64,000 nt of DNA from an uncultured Solirubrobacterales bacterium (GCA_963818545.1 CAWFSI010000005.1:2611-66610); one strand, 5' to 3'; positions 18,678 to 30,210 are shown, numbered from the stretch's first letter. Numbers and translations: made by a program. The notes: generated from the sequence alone by a model not told the origin.

Positions 18678-19372
18678 CCGCCGCCGACGAGGAGAAGGAC
18701 CCGCAGGAGGACGTCAAGGACGAGGCGCCCGCGAAAGCCGCGGCGAAAAAACCGGCCGCGAAAAAAGCCGCCGCGGAAAAACCAGCTGCCAAAGAGCCTG
18801 TCGCCGAAAGAGCCGTTTGCCGAAAGGGCCTGCCGAGAAAAAAGCTCCGGCCGCAAAAGAGGCTGCAGCCAAAGAGCCAGTTGCCGAGTGCCGCAAAGTG
18901 CCCGCCGAGAAAAAGGCTCCAGCCGCCAAAAAAGCACCGGCCGCAAAAGAGCCCGCTGCCGCCAAGGAGTCCAAACAGCCTGAGAAGAAACCCGCGAAGA
19001 CGCGCCGGCAAAGCCGCCGAGCCGAAACCGCGACGCCGCGTCGTGCGCGCCCAGGCGCGCTACGTGAGAACGTCCGCGCGCAAGGCGCGGATGGTGTGCG
19101 GGCACTTGCGGGGCAAGTCGATTCCGGAGGCACGCGCTATCCTCGAGTTCACCCCTCGTGAGGTGGCGCGCGACTGGAGCAAGCTGCTGGAGTCGGCGGT
19201 GGCGAACGCCGAGATCAACCACGAACTGCTCGAGGACGACCTGATCGTCCGCGAGGCCTACGCCGACGAAGGGCCGACGATCAAGCGCTTCCGCCCGCGC
19301 GCGATGGGACGGGCGACGCCGATCCGCAAGCGCACGAGCCACCTGACGATCACGCTGACACCGGACGCCTGA
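18674..19372 (+). CDS. rplV: 50S ribosomal protein uL22 with long Ala/Lys/Pro/Glu N-terminal extension
   Basis: [28 protein letters not shown]; upstream AAKKPAAK repeats with indels. Confidence 0.95.
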   Translation: MTAADEEKDPQEDVKDEAPAKAAAKKPAAKKAAAEKPAAKEPVAERAVCRKGLPRKKLRPQKRLQPKSQLPSAAKCPPRKRLQPPKKHRPQKSPLPPRSPNSLRRNPRRRAGKAAEPKPRRRVVRAQARYVRTSARKARMVCGHLRGKSIPEARAILEFTPREVARDWSKLLESAVANAEINHELLEDDLIVREAYADEGPTIKRFRPRAMGRATPIRKRTSHLTITLTPDA

Positions 19373-19430
19373 GCGCGAGCCCGGGACACAGACAAAAGAC
19401 TGAGATAGAGAGAGAAGAGCAAGAGCGAGA

Positions 19431-20384
19431 ATGGGACAGAAGGTTCATCCAGAGGCTATGCGCGTGGGTTACATCCACGACTGGAAGTCGAACTGGTTCA
19501 ACGAGAAAAACTTCGCGGAGTACCTCGACGAGGACATCAAGGTCCGCGAGCACATCATTGCGCAAGCTCGCCCATGCCGGCCTGGCGAACATCACGATCC
19601 GTAAGGATGCGCAGGAGCTCGAGGTCAACATCCACACGGCGCGGCCCGGGCATCGTGATCGGCAAGTCCGGCTCAGAAGTCGACGCGCTGCGCCGCGATC
19701 TGCACAAGATGACCAACAAGCAGATCAAGGTCAACATCCTCGAGATCAAGCGTCCCGAGCTCGACGCGTCGCTCGTGGCGCAGTCGATCGCCGAGCAGCT
19801 GCAGAACCGCGTCGCCTTCCGCCGCGCGATGAAGCGCGCGCTGACGAGCGCGATGCGCTCGGGCGCGAAGGGCGTGAAGGTGCAGGTCTCAGGGCGCTTG
19901 GGAGGCGCCGAGATGGCGCGCACCGAAAGCTACTCCGACGGTCGCGTGCCGCTGCACACGATGCGCGCCGACATCGACTACGGCTTCTACGAGGCGCGCA
20001 CGACGTTCGGGCGGATCGGCGTGAAGTGCTGGGTGAACAAGGGCGAAATCATGCCCGAGGGCTACACCGGCGCCGACCTCACCGACATGACCGCGCCGGC
20101 GCCCCCCGGTAACGACCGCGACGGCCGCGGTGGCCGCGACGGGCGCGACCGTGGCCGTGGCGGTGGCGGCGGCGGTGGAGGCCGCGGCGGACGCGGCGGC
20201 GGCCAGGGCGGCGGTGGACGTGGGGCGGGTGGGCCCGGATCATTTGGCGGTCAGGGCGCCCGCGGCGGTCCCGGGCGGCGGTCGGGTCCGGGCGGCGGCG
20301 GCGGTGGACGCGGTCCAGGTGGTCCGCGGCGGCGGCGGACGTGGTGGTCCGCGGCCAGGCGGATCCGGCGGAGGGCCGCGCTGA
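19431..20384 (+). CDS. rpsC: 30S ribosomal protein uS3 with Gly/Arg-rich C-terminal tail (indels)
   Basis: [32 protein letters not shown]. Confidence 0.96.
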
Positions 20385-20794
20385 TGCTCTCTCCGAAGCG
20401 TGTCAAGCACCGCAAGCAGCACCGCGGCCGCCGTCGTGGGATGTCGCGCGGCCAGGTCAAGGTCCAGTTCGGCGAGTACGGGCTGAAGTCGCTCGAGCAG
20501 GGCTGGCTGACCAACCGCCAGATCGAGGCGGCGAGAATCGCGATGACGCGCAAGATCAAGCGTGGTGGCAAGGTCTGGATCAACGTGTTCCCGGACAAGC
20601 CGGTCACGAAGAAGCCGGCCGAGACGCGGATGGGCTCCGGCAAGGGCAACCCGGAAGGGTGGGTGGCGGTGGTCAAGCCCGGCCGCGTGATGTTCGAGCT
20701 GGCCGGCGTGCCCGAGCCGCTCGCCCGCGACGCGATCCGGCTGGCCGCGCACAAGCTGCCGTTGAAGTCCAAGTTCGTGATGCGTGAGGACTAG
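20384..20794 (+). CDS. rplP: 50S ribosomal protein uL16
   Basis: [20 protein letters not shown]. Confidence 0.98.
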   Translation: MLSPKRVKHRKQHRGRRRGMSRGQVKVQFGEYGLKSLEQGWLTNRQIEAARIAMTRKIKRGGKVWINVFPDKPVTKKPAETRMGSGKGNPEGWVAVVKPGRVMFELAGVPEPLARDAIRLAAHKLPLKSKFVMRED

Positions 20795-20799
20795 GGGCG

Positions 20800-20979
20800 A
20801 TGAACGCCAAGGAGATACGGGATCTGACCGAGCAGGAACTCGCCGCGCGGGTCGCGACGCTGCGTAAGGACCTGTTCGGCCTGCGTTTCGCAAACGCGAC
20901 CGGAGAGCTCGAGAACACCGCCGGGATCGGCCGTGCGCGGCGCGATCTGGCCCGAGCGCTGACAGTCGCGAGAACGTGA
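20800..20979 (+). CDS. rpmC: 50S ribosomal protein uL29 (not in ORF track)
   Basis: Manual translation MNAKEIRDLTEQEL..LFGLRFANATGELEN..RRDLAR. Confidence 0.93.
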   Translation: MNAKEIRDLTEQELAARVATLRKDLFGLRFANATGELENTAGIGRARRDLARALTVART

Positions 20980-20992
20980 GACGAAGAGCAAA

Positions 20993-21675
20993 ATGGCTGA
21001 CGAGACAGAGAACGAGACACCCGAGACGCCGAGGCTGAGGCCCGAGGCCCCGCGAGGCAGAGACCCCGGCAGGCCGAGAGCTCCCGAGGCTCCCGAGCCG
21101 AGGCTCCCGAGGCCCCCGAGGCTCCCGCGGCGGATGTCCCCGAGCCGAGACCCCCGAGGCTGCGGCCGCCGCGCCAGCCCCGGCCGAGCCCGCGGAGCAG
21201 CTCTCGTCGAAGGAGCGCCGCCGCAAGGCGCGCTCACTCACTCCGGCGAGGCGCGCCCGACCCGCTCACCGGAGGACCGTCACGCCGAGCGCCTGGCCGA
21301 GCGCCGCGCGAAGGCGACGCGCCGCAGCGCGCGGCGGCTGCAGGAACGCGCGAAAAGGGCCGCCAAGCGCGAGAGCGCCACGGCCGCCCGCGGCGCAGGA
21401 GCTCGCGCCCGTGCACGCCGCCGTCGAGGGCAAGCGCACGCGTGCGCCAGGGGATCGTCGTCTCGGACAAGGCCGACAAGACGATCACCGTCAGGATCGA
21501 CTTCGCCCGCCGGCACCGGCGCTACGAGAAGATCGTGCGCAGCTCGAGCACGCTGCACGCGCACGACGAGCACAACGACGCGCACGAGGGCGACACGGTG
21601 CGCGTGATCGAGAGCCGGCCGCTGTCGAAGAACAAGCGCTGGAAGCTCGTCGACGTGCTGGAGCGCGCGCGATGA
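20993..21675 (+). CDS. rpsQ: 30S ribosomal protein uS17 with about 150-aa N-terminal extension (indels)
   Basis: Core [24 protein letters not shown] at 21442-21675; extension from ATG 20993. Confidence 0.9.
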
Positions 21676-22040
21676 TCCAGAACGAGACCAGGCTGCGCGT
21701 GGCCGACAACACCGGCGCGCGCGAGATCCTCTGCATCCGCGTGAAGGGCGGCTCCCGGCGCCGGTACGCGTTCGTCGGCGATGTGATCACCGCGACCGTC
21801 AAGCAGGCCAACCCGCAGGGAGCCGTGAAGAAGGGCGAGGTCGTGACCGCCGTGGTCGTGCGCACGAAGAAGCCGATCGGCCGCGAGGACGGGACCTACA
21901 TCGCCTTCGACGAGAACGCCGCGGTGATCATCGACGACCAGAACAACCCGCGCGGCACGCGCGTGTTCGGGCCGGTGGCGCGCGAACTGCGCGAGCGCAA
22001 CTTCATGAAGATCGTCTCGCTCGCGCCCGAGGTGCTGTGA
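21672..22040 (+). CDS. rplN: 50S ribosomal protein uL14
   Basis: [23 protein letters not shown]. Confidence 0.98.
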   Translation: MIQNETRLRVADNTGAREILCIRVKGGSRRRYAFVGDVITATVKQANPQGAVKKGEVVTAVVVRTKKPIGREDGTYIAFDENAAVIIDDQNNPRGTRVFGPVARELRERNFMKIVSLAPEVL

Positions 22041-22408
22041 TGGCCCCTACCCGTACCGCGACAGCCCCCAAGCGCCGCTCGCTGAAGATCCACTCCGGCG
22101 ATCAGGTGAAGGTGATCGCCGGCAAGGACCGCGGCAAGACCGGCAGGGTGATGCGCGTCGAGCCGACGAAGGAGCGTCTGTACGTCGAGGGCCTGAACAT
22201 GGTCAAGCGCCACATGAAGCCCCAGCAGGTGCGCGACACCAACCGCGAACAGACGGTCGGCGGCGTGATCAGCCGCGAGGGCCCGATCCACGTCTCGAAC
22301 GTGATGCTGATCGACCCCAAAGGCGGCCAGCCGACGCGCGTGCGGATCGAGCGCGAGAACGGCAAGCCGCTGCGCGTCGCCAAGCGCACGGGCACGAGAA
22401 TCGACTGA
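22040..22408 (+). CDS. rplX: 50S ribosomal protein uL24
   Basis: [14 protein letters not shown] (KOW), EGPIHVSNV. Confidence 0.97.
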   Translation: MAPTRTATAPKRRSLKIHSGDQVKVIAGKDRGKTGRVMRVEPTKERLYVEGLNMVKRHMKPQQVRDTNREQTVGGVISREGPIHVSNVMLIDPKGGQPTRVRIERENGKPLRVAKRTGTRID

Positions 22409-22419
22409 GTGATAGGACG

Positions 22420-23035
22420 ATGACCGAGACCGCCACCAAAGCCCGCCTGAAGACCCGCTACCTGGAGGAGATCCGCCCGGCGCTGATCGAGCGCTTCGGC
22501 TACTCCTCGGTGATGCAGGCGCCGAAGCTCGAGAAGATCACGCTGAACATGGGCGTCGGCCTGGCCAAGCAGGACTCGAAAATGCTGAAAGCGGCCCAGG
22601 ACCAGCTCGCGACGATCGCCGGCCAGCAGCCGAGCGTGCGCCGCGCGCGCAAGTCGATCGCCGCGTTCAAACTGCGCGAGGGCATGCCGGTCGGGCGTCG
22701 CGGTGACACTGCGGGCCGAGCGCGGCTACGAGTTCCTCGACCGGCTGGTCTCGATCGCGATCCCCCGGATCCGCGACTTCCGCGGCTTGAGCCCGCGCTC
22801 GTTCGACGGCCGCGGCAACTACACGCTGGGCGTCAAGGAGCAGATCATCTTCCCCGAGATCGACTACGACGGGATCGATCAGGTGCGGGGACTGGACATC
22901 ACGATCACCACGTCCGCAAAGACCGACGCCGAGGCGTTCGCGCTGCTGGAGGCGTTCGGCATGCCGTTCGCCACCCAGGGCCGGCCGAAGGAGTTCGGAA
23001 CATCCACTGCCGAGGATGAGGAGAGCACCGACTGA
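22420..23035 (+). CDS. rplE: 50S ribosomal protein uL5 (indel near 22695)
   Basis: [24 protein letters not shown]. Confidence 0.97.
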
Positions 23036-23220
23036 TGGCCAAGACTTCGATGCGCGTCAAGCAGGCTCGCCCGCCAAAGTTCAAGACGCGCGCCTATACT
23101 CGTTGCAACCGCTGCGGTCGGCCACGCGCGGTTTACAAGAAGTTCGGGGTGTGCCGCATCTGCTTGCGCGAGCTCGCCCACAACGGCCAGATCCCCGGGA
23201 TGACGAAGTCCTCCTGGTAG
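23035..23220 (+). CDS. rpsN: 30S ribosomal protein uS14, Zn-binding short type
   Basis: RCNRCGR..CRICLR, 61 aa. Confidence 0.97.
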   Translation: MAKTSMRVKQARPPKFKTRAYTRCNRCGRPRAVYKKFGVCRICLRELAHNGQIPGMTKSSW

Positions 23221-23255
23221 GCCTCGAACAGATGACTACGAATAGCTACTGAACC

Positions 23256-23663
23256 ATGTCCATGACCGATCCCATAGCCGACTTCCTCACGCGCGTGCGC
23301 AACGCGATCCACGCCGCGCACGAGACGGTCGAGGTTCCCGCGTCGAAAACGAAGGCCGAGCTGGCGCGGATCCTCGCCGAGCAGGGATACATCGATTCGT
23401 GGTCGGTCGTGCCCGCCCCCGAGGGAGCGGCCGGACAGCTGATCGAGATCCGGCTGAAGTACACCGAGGACCGCCGTTCGGCGATCTCCGGGCTGCGGCG
23501 CGTGTCCCGTCCGGGCCGGCGCACCTACGTCGACGCGAAGCACATCCCGAAGGTGCTCGGTGGCATGGGCACGTCGATCGTGTCGACTTCGCATGGCGTG
23601 ATGACCGGCCACGACGCGCGCGCGGCGGGCGTCGGCGGCGAGGTCCTGGCGCAGGTCTGGTAG
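23256..23663 (+). CDS. rpsH: 30S ribosomal protein uS8
   Basis: [24 protein letters not shown]. Confidence 0.98.
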   Translation: MSMTDPIADFLTRVRNAIHAAHETVEVPASKTKAELARILAEQGYIDSWSVVPAPEGAAGQLIEIRLKYTEDRRSAISGLRRVSRPGRRTYVDAKHIPKVLGGMGTSIVSTSHGVMTGHDARAAGVGGEVLAQVW

Positions 23664-23673
23664 GCGAAACGAG

Positions 23674-24207
23674 ATGTCGAGAATCGGAAGACAGCCCATC
23701 CCCGTGCCCGCCGGCGTGACCGTCGCGATCGAGCCCGAGGCGGTGCGCGTGAACGGCCCGAAAGGCGAGCTGTCCGAGCGCATCTCCCGCGACATCGAGG
23801 TCGTCCAGGACGGCGAGCAGCTGCTCGTCTCGCGGCCGACGGACCGCGGCGAGCACCGCGCGCTGCACGGGCTGACACGCTCGCTCGTGGCGAACATGGT
23901 TCAGGGCGTGACCGCGGGCTACGAGAAGCGCTTGGAGATCCAGGGGGTCGGCTACAGGGCACAGCTGAAGGGCAAGAACCTCGAGCTCGCGGTCGGCTAC
24001 TCGCACCCCGTGCCGATCCCGGCGCCCGCGGGCATCGAGTTCGAAGTTCCCCAGCCGACGAGGGTGGTCGTGAAGGGGATTTCAAAGCAGCTCGTCGGCG
24101 AGACCGCCGCGATCATCCGCAAGCAGCGCCCGCCGGAGCCCTACAAGGGCAAGGGCATCCGCTACGAGGGCGAGTACGTGGCTAGAAAGGTCGGCAAGCG
24201 CGCATGA
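23674..24207 (+). CDS. rplF: 50S ribosomal protein uL6
   Basis: [17 protein letters not shown]. Confidence 0.99.
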   Translation: MSRIGRQPIPVPAGVTVAIEPEAVRVNGPKGELSERISRDIEVVQDGEQLLVSRPTDRGEHRALHGLTRSLVANMVQGVTAGYEKRLEIQGVGYRAQLKGKNLELAVGYSHPVPIPAPAGIEFEVPQPTRVVVKGISKQLVGETAAIIRKQRPPEPYKGKGIRYEGEYVARKVGKRA

Positions 24208-24556
24208 GCGTCATCACCAAGGGCGATCGCCGGCTCAAGCGCCGCCGCCGGGTGCGCGCGAAGATCTCGGGCACCCGGCGCGACCGCGGATCTCCGTGTT
24301 CCGCTCGAACAAGGGCCTGTCGGCCCAGCTGATCGACGACGTGGCGGGCACGACGCTCGCGGCGGTCAATTGGTTCGAGCCCGAGCTGAGCAAGCTTGCG
24401 AAAGAGGAGCGCACCAAGCGCACCGGCGAGGCGCTCGCCGAGCGCGCGAAGGCGGCAGGCGTCACAGAAGCGGTGTTCGACCGCGGCGGCTACCGCTACC
24501 ACGGCCACGTACGCGCCTTCGCCGAGGCGATCCGCGAGGCCGGCCTCACCGTCTAG
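24204..24556 (+). CDS. rplR: 50S ribosomal protein uL18 (indel near 24278)
   Basis: [16 protein letters not shown]. Confidence 0.96.
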
Positions 24557-24617
24557 ACACGTTTCCCCAGACCTCCTTTCCCCAGACCTTCTTCCTACCG
24601 CTACCCTCCACTTCCCT

Positions 24618-25326
24618 ATGGCAATAACCCAAGATCGCTCAGTCAGTCAGTCCGGCCTCGACCTCCAGGAGCGCGTCGTCGAGATCAACCGCGTCGCCAA
24701 GGTGGTCAAGGGCGGCCGGCGCTTCTCGTTCACCGCGCTGGTGGTCGTCGGCGACGAGCGCGAAGTCGTGGGCGTCGGCTACGGCAAGGCCAACGAGGTG
24801 CCGCTGGCGATTCAGAAGGGCGTCGAGCGGGCGAAGAAGGATCTCTTCCGGGTGCCCAAGCACGGCTCGACGATCACCCACCAGACGACCGGCGTGTTCG
24901 GCGCCGGACGGGTGTTCCTGAAGCCGGCTTCGCCCGGTACCGGCGTGATCGCCGGCGGCGGCGTCCGCGCGGTGCTCGAGCTCGCGGGGATTCACGACAT
25001 TCTTTCCAAGAGCCTCGGGACGCAGAACCCGATCAACCTCGTCAAGGCGACGGTTGCCGGGCTGCGCGGGTTGCGGACCCCCGAGGAGGTCGCGAAGCTG
25101 CGCGGGTTGACGATCAACCAGGTGCTCGGTCTCGCCGACAAGCAGACCGAGGTTGCCACCGAGATCATCAATGGCGCCGCTCCGACGGAGAGCGCGGAGC
25201 CCGAGGCGGCCACAGCGGACGAGCAGAGGCAGCCGCAGCGAACGCGTCCGGCGAGGAGACGCCGGCTCCGCAGCAGAGCCCCCGGCCGCCGAGGAGACCC
25301 CGGCCGCCGAGGAGACCCCGGCCTGA
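24618..25326 (+). CDS. rpsE: 30S ribosomal protein uS5 with acidic C-terminal extension
   Basis: [22 protein letters not shown]. Confidence 0.96.
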
Positions 25327-25507
25327 TGACCCACTGAGCGTTACGCAGCGCCGTTCGCGCAACGGCGCGAACAAGAAACAGCTCGACACCCTGCGCTCGC
25401 TCGGGCTGAGGAGGATCGGCCATACGGTGGAGGTCAAGGACTGCGAGCAGGCCAGAGGGATGCTGCACGCGGTGCGCCATCTCGTCGAGGTGCAGGAGGG
25501 CAAGTGA
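25326..25507 (+). CDS. rpmD: 50S ribosomal protein uL30 (indel near start; not in ORF track)
   Basis: Manual translation ..[32 protein letters not shown]. Confidence 0.9.
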
Positions 25508-26014
25508 GCCCCGCGAGCGACAAAGACGAGCAGGAGCGCATCGGGCTGCACAACCTGAAGCCCTCCCCGGGCAGCCGCCGCCCGCGCAAGCGCGTCGGCC
25601 GCGGCGAAGGCTCCGGCACCGGCAAGACCTCCGGTCGCGGGCAGAAGGGCGCGGGCTCGCGCTCGGGCTCCAAGCGCAGGGCGCGCTTCGAGGGTGGGCA
25701 GATGCCGATCCACATGCGCATGCGAAAGCTGCGCGGTCCGCACATGAAGAAGTCGATGCCGTTCGAGATGTTCCGCACGCATACCCAGCCGGTGAACATC
25801 GGCGACCTGGACGCCCGCTTCGATGTCCGGCGCCGAGGTCACGTCGAGGGACTCAAGGAGAAGGGTCTCGGTACCCGCAAGGACATCCCGATCAAGATCC
25901 TCGCCAAGGGCGAGCTGAGCAAGGCCGCTGACCGTGCACGCCCACGCCTTCAGCGCCAGCGCCCGCGAGCGGATCGAGGCCGCAGGCGGCACCTGCCACA
26001 TCGTCGAGAGCTAG
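25504..26014 (+). CDS. rplO: 50S ribosomal protein uL15 (indels)
   Basis: [27 protein letters not shown]. Confidence 0.96.
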
Positions 26015-26059
26015 AATCGGGCGCTCCGCGGACGACGCTCGTCCAGCGGCCTCAAACTC

Positions 26060-27333
26060 ATGCTCGCAACGATCCTCAACGCCTTCCAGGTAGCGGACAT
26101 CCGCAAGAAGCTCGCCTTCACGGCGGCGATGCTGCTGATCTATCGCCTCGGCTCGCACATCCCCGTGCCGGGCGTCAACCTGACGGCGGTCAACAGCATC
26201 CAGAAGTCCTTCGGTGGCTCGAACATCCTGGGCCTGCTGAACCTGTTCTCCGGCGGCGGCCTGTCGCGGCTCGCGCTGTTCGCGCTGGGCATCATGCCCT
26301 ACATCACCTCCTCGATCATCCTGCAGCTGCTGCAGGTGGCGGTGCCGTCGCTGGAGAAGCTGTCAAAGGAAGGCGAGGTCGGGCAGGCGCGGATCACGCA
26401 GTACACGCGCTACCTGACGGTCGGCCTGGCGTTCGCCCAGTCGATCGGCTACGTGTTCCTGTTCCACTCGCTGCAGGCGAAAGCCGGCGAATCGGTCGTC
26501 ACGCACTTCGACGCGCCGCACATCTTCCTGATCGTGATCTGCCTGACGACCGGCTGCGTGATGTTGATGTGGATCGGCGAGCTGATCACCCAGCGGGGGA
26601 TCGGCAACGGCATCTCGCTGCTGATCTTCGCCTCGATCGTCTCGCGCCTGCCGGCGGGCATCCAGGCTTGGTGGACCACCAACGATCAGGTCTTCAAGGT
26701 GATGATGCCGTTCCTCGTGCTCGCCGTCGTGGCCGGGATCGTGTTCGTGCAGGAGGGCCAGCGGCGGATCCCCGTGCAGTACGCCAAGCGCGTGATCGGG
26801 CGGCGCATGTCAGAGGGCGGGCAGACCTACCTGCCGCTGCGCGTGAACATGGCCGGCGTGATCCCGGTGATCTTCGCCGCCAGCATCATGGCCTTCCCGC
26901 CGACGGTCGGGCAGCTCGTGAAAACCCACTGGGGTCAGTCGATCTCCGACTTCTTCTCGCCCGACGGCTGGCACTACGTGGTCGGCGAGTCGATCTTCAT
27001 CGTGATCTTCACCTACTTCTACACCGCGGTCACGTTCAACCCGGTCGATCAGGCGGACAACCTGAAGAAGTACGGGGGCTTCATCCCCGGTGTGCAGGCC
27101 GGGGCGCCCGACGGCTGAATTCCTCGACCGGATCCTCGCGCGGTTGACCTTCCCCGGCGCGCTGTTCTTGGCCGCCGTGGCGGCGCTGCCGACGATCCTG
27201 ATCGCGCGCACCCACCAGAACATCCCAGCTCGGGGGGACCTCGATCCTGATCGTGATCGGCGTGGCGCTGGAAACGATGAAGCAGCTCGAGGCGCAGCTG
27301 ATGATGCGAAGTTACGAGGGCTTCCTGAAGTAG
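26060..27333 (+). CDS. secY: Preprotein translocase SecY (indels near 27095 and 27230)
   Basis: [32 protein letters not shown], ends YEGFLK. Confidence 0.98.
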
Positions 27334-27516
27334 AGGGGGTGGTCGGGAGGGGGGCTTGACCCTCTCCCGCGCTAGTGCGAGGGCTTCCGAAGTAGGGGTG
27401 GTCGGGAGGGGCTCGACCCCCTCCCGCGCTAGTGCGAGGGCTTCCTGAAGTAGGTGGGGTGGTCGGGAGGGGGGCTTGACCCTCTCCCGCGCTAGTGCGA
27501 GGGCTTCCTGAAGTAG
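27315..27516 (+). repeat. Tandem repeat, units 63/57/63 nt plus a partial fourth, each starting with the secY 3' end
   Basis: CGAGGGCTTCC(T)GAAGTAG at 27315, 27378, 27435, 27498, separated by near-identical hairpins. Confidence 0.95.
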
Positions 27517-27568
27517 GCGGGTTTACCGCAGGGGTTCCCTGTCGGCTGCGAGCGGGTAGGCTGGAAAC

Positions 27569-28246
27569 GTGTCCGAGCTGAATCTGATACTGCTCGGCCC
27601 GCCGGGCGCGGGCAAGGGGACACAGGCCGAGCGCCTGCGCGAGGACTTCGCGCTGCCCCACATTTCCGCCGGGGACATGCTCCGCGCCCAGGTGACCGAC
27701 GGCACCGAGCTGGGGCGCAAGGCCAAGGAGTACATGGACGCGGGCGAGCTGGTGCCCGACGAGGTGATCATCGGCATGATCATCGACCGCGTCGGCGGCG
27801 GGGATGCGCGCGACGGGTTCCTGCTCGACGGCTTTCCCCGCAACGAGGATCAGGCCGACGCCCTGGGCGAGGCGCTGAAGGGGCTCGAGCGGCGGTTGAC
27901 AGCCGCGCTCTTGATCGAGGTGCCTGACGAGGAGGTCGTGCGCCGCCTCGCCGGGCGCAGGGTGTGCGTGAAGAACCCGAGCCACATCTACCACGTGGAC
28001 TTCGATCCGCCCAAGCACGAGGGCGTGTGCGACCAGGACGGAGCGCGACTGCAGCAGCGCAAGGACGACGCCGAGGAGACGATTCGTAACCGCTTGGCGG
28101 TCTACCACGAGCAGACCGAGCCGCTGGTCGGCTACTACGAGCGGGTGGGTCTGCTGCGCCGCTTCGACGGTCAACGGGGCGCCGACGAGGTGCATGCCCA
28201 CATCCGCGCGGCGCTGGCCACCCTGCGCCTCGAGGAAAACCTCTGA
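27569..28246 (+). CDS. adk: Adenylate kinase
   Basis: GPPGAGKGTQ, LDGFPR. Confidence 0.98.
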   Translation: MSELNLILLGPPGAGKGTQAERLREDFALPHISAGDMLRAQVTDGTELGRKAKEYMDAGELVPDEVIIGMIIDRVGGGDARDGFLLDGFPRNEDQADALGEALKGLERRLTAALLIEVPDEEVVRRLAGRRVCVKNPSHIYHVDFDPPKHEGVCDQDGARLQQRKDDAEETIRNRLAVYHEQTEPLVGYYERVGLLRRFDGQRGADEVHAHIRAALATLRLEENL

Positions 28247-28293
28247 CCAGCCGAGACTCCGCTCGCAAGCCCTGCCACAGCTAAGCTCCGCGG

Positions 28294-29102
<809 letters not shown>

Positions 29103-29176
29103 GAGAGACAGGAGAGCCCGGCCGAACCCGCGAGGCCTCTATAGGGTAAGGCGCGAGCCACTCTCGAGCCCGAAGT

Positions 29177-29185
29177 TGCTACCAT
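29177..29185 (+). promoter_or_regulatory. Extended -10 promoter of the alpha operon
   Basis: TGCTACCATCCG, identical 12-mer to the rpsL promoter. Confidence 0.6.
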
Positions 29186-29305
29186 CCGGAGTCCTGCTCA
29201 AACGCGAGGTGGTTTGCGCGCGTGAGGGCACATCCACGACCCGGTAGCGGCGGCCATCACGGCAGCCAGAGCCGAGCCGCCGGAACAGAGCCGCCGAAAG
29301 GGATC

Positions 29306-29419
29306 ATGAAGGTAAGACCGTCGGTCAAGCCGATGTGCGAGAAGTGCAAGATCATCCGCCGCCACGGAGCGGTTCTGGTCATCTGCCAGAACAAGCGCCA
29401 CAAGCAGAGGCAGGGCTAG
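29306..29419 (+). CDS. rpmJ: 50S ribosomal protein bL36, Zn-binding type
   Basis: [25 protein letters not shown]. Confidence 0.98.
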   Translation: MKVRPSVKPMCEKCKIIRRHGAVLVICQNKRHKQRQG

Positions 29420-29426
29420 CGCACGC

Positions 29427-29811
29427 ATGGCAAGAATCGCCGGAGTCAACCTACCCCTGAACAAGCGCGCTGAGATCGGCCTGACCTACATCTTCGGGAT
29501 CGGGCGCGCGACAGTCGAACAAGCTGCTTGCGGAGACGGGGGTCAGCGCCGACACCTACGTACGCGACCTGACCGAGGACGAGGTCTCCAAGCTACGCGA
29601 CGCGATCGACCGGGAGCTAACGGTCGAGGGAGATCTGCGGCGCGAGCAGTCCCAGGACATCAAGCGACTGCAGGAGATCGGCTGCTATCGCGGCCTGCGC
29701 CACCGCCGCGGCCTGCCGGTGCGGGGGCAGAAGACGAAGACCAACGCGCGCACGCGCAAGGGGCCGAAGCGGATGCAGGTGGCCGGGAAGAAGAAAGCGG
29801 GTAAGAAGTAG
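29427..29811 (+). CDS. rpsM: 30S ribosomal protein uS13 (indel near 29513)
   Basis: [34 protein letters not shown]. Confidence 0.96.
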
Positions 29812-30209
29812 TGCCGCCCGCACCGAAACGACCCGGCCGCGGGAGGCGCAAGCCGAAGAAGAACATCCCGATCGGCCAGGCGCACATCAAGACTTCGTTC
29901 AACAACACGATCGTCTCGCTGACGGACACCACCGGCAACGTGATCGCCTGGGAGTCGGCCGGCGGCGCCGGCTTCAAGGGCTCGCGCAAGTCGACTCCGT
30001 TCGCCGCCCAGGTGACCGCCGACGCGGCCGCGCGCAAGGGCCTCGAGCAGGGGCTGCAGAAGGTCGAGGTCTACGTCAAGGGCCCGGGCTCGGGCCGCGA
30101 GACCGCGATCCGCTCGCTGCAGGCCGCCGGGCTCGAGGTGACCGGCGTCAAGGACGTAACCCCGCAGGCCCACAATGGCTGCCGCCCCCGCAAGCGACGG
30201 AGAGTCTGA
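29811..30209 (+). CDS. rpsK: 30S ribosomal protein uS11
   Basis: [27 protein letters not shown]. Confidence 0.98.
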   Translation: MPPAPKRPGRGRRKPKKNIPIGQAHIKTSFNNTIVSLTDTTGNVIAWESAGGAGFKGSRKSTPFAAQVTADAAARKGLEQGLQKVEVYVKGPGSGRETAIRSLQAAGLEVTGVKDVTPQAHNGCRPRKRRRV

Positions 30210-30210
30210 G

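Noticed and set aside
19574-20794. uS3-uL16 fusion ORF
   Set aside because: Indels in the G-rich tail; a TGATG stop/start overlap is present at 20382-20386.
27315-27516. CRISPR array
   Set aside because: The intervening segments are near-identical rather than unique spacers, the repeat is the secY 3' end, and no cas genes are present.
27950-28040. Adenylate kinase LID with C-x5-H..C-x2-D instead of four Cys
   Set aside because: Mixed Cys/His/Asp LID ligand sets are known natural variants.
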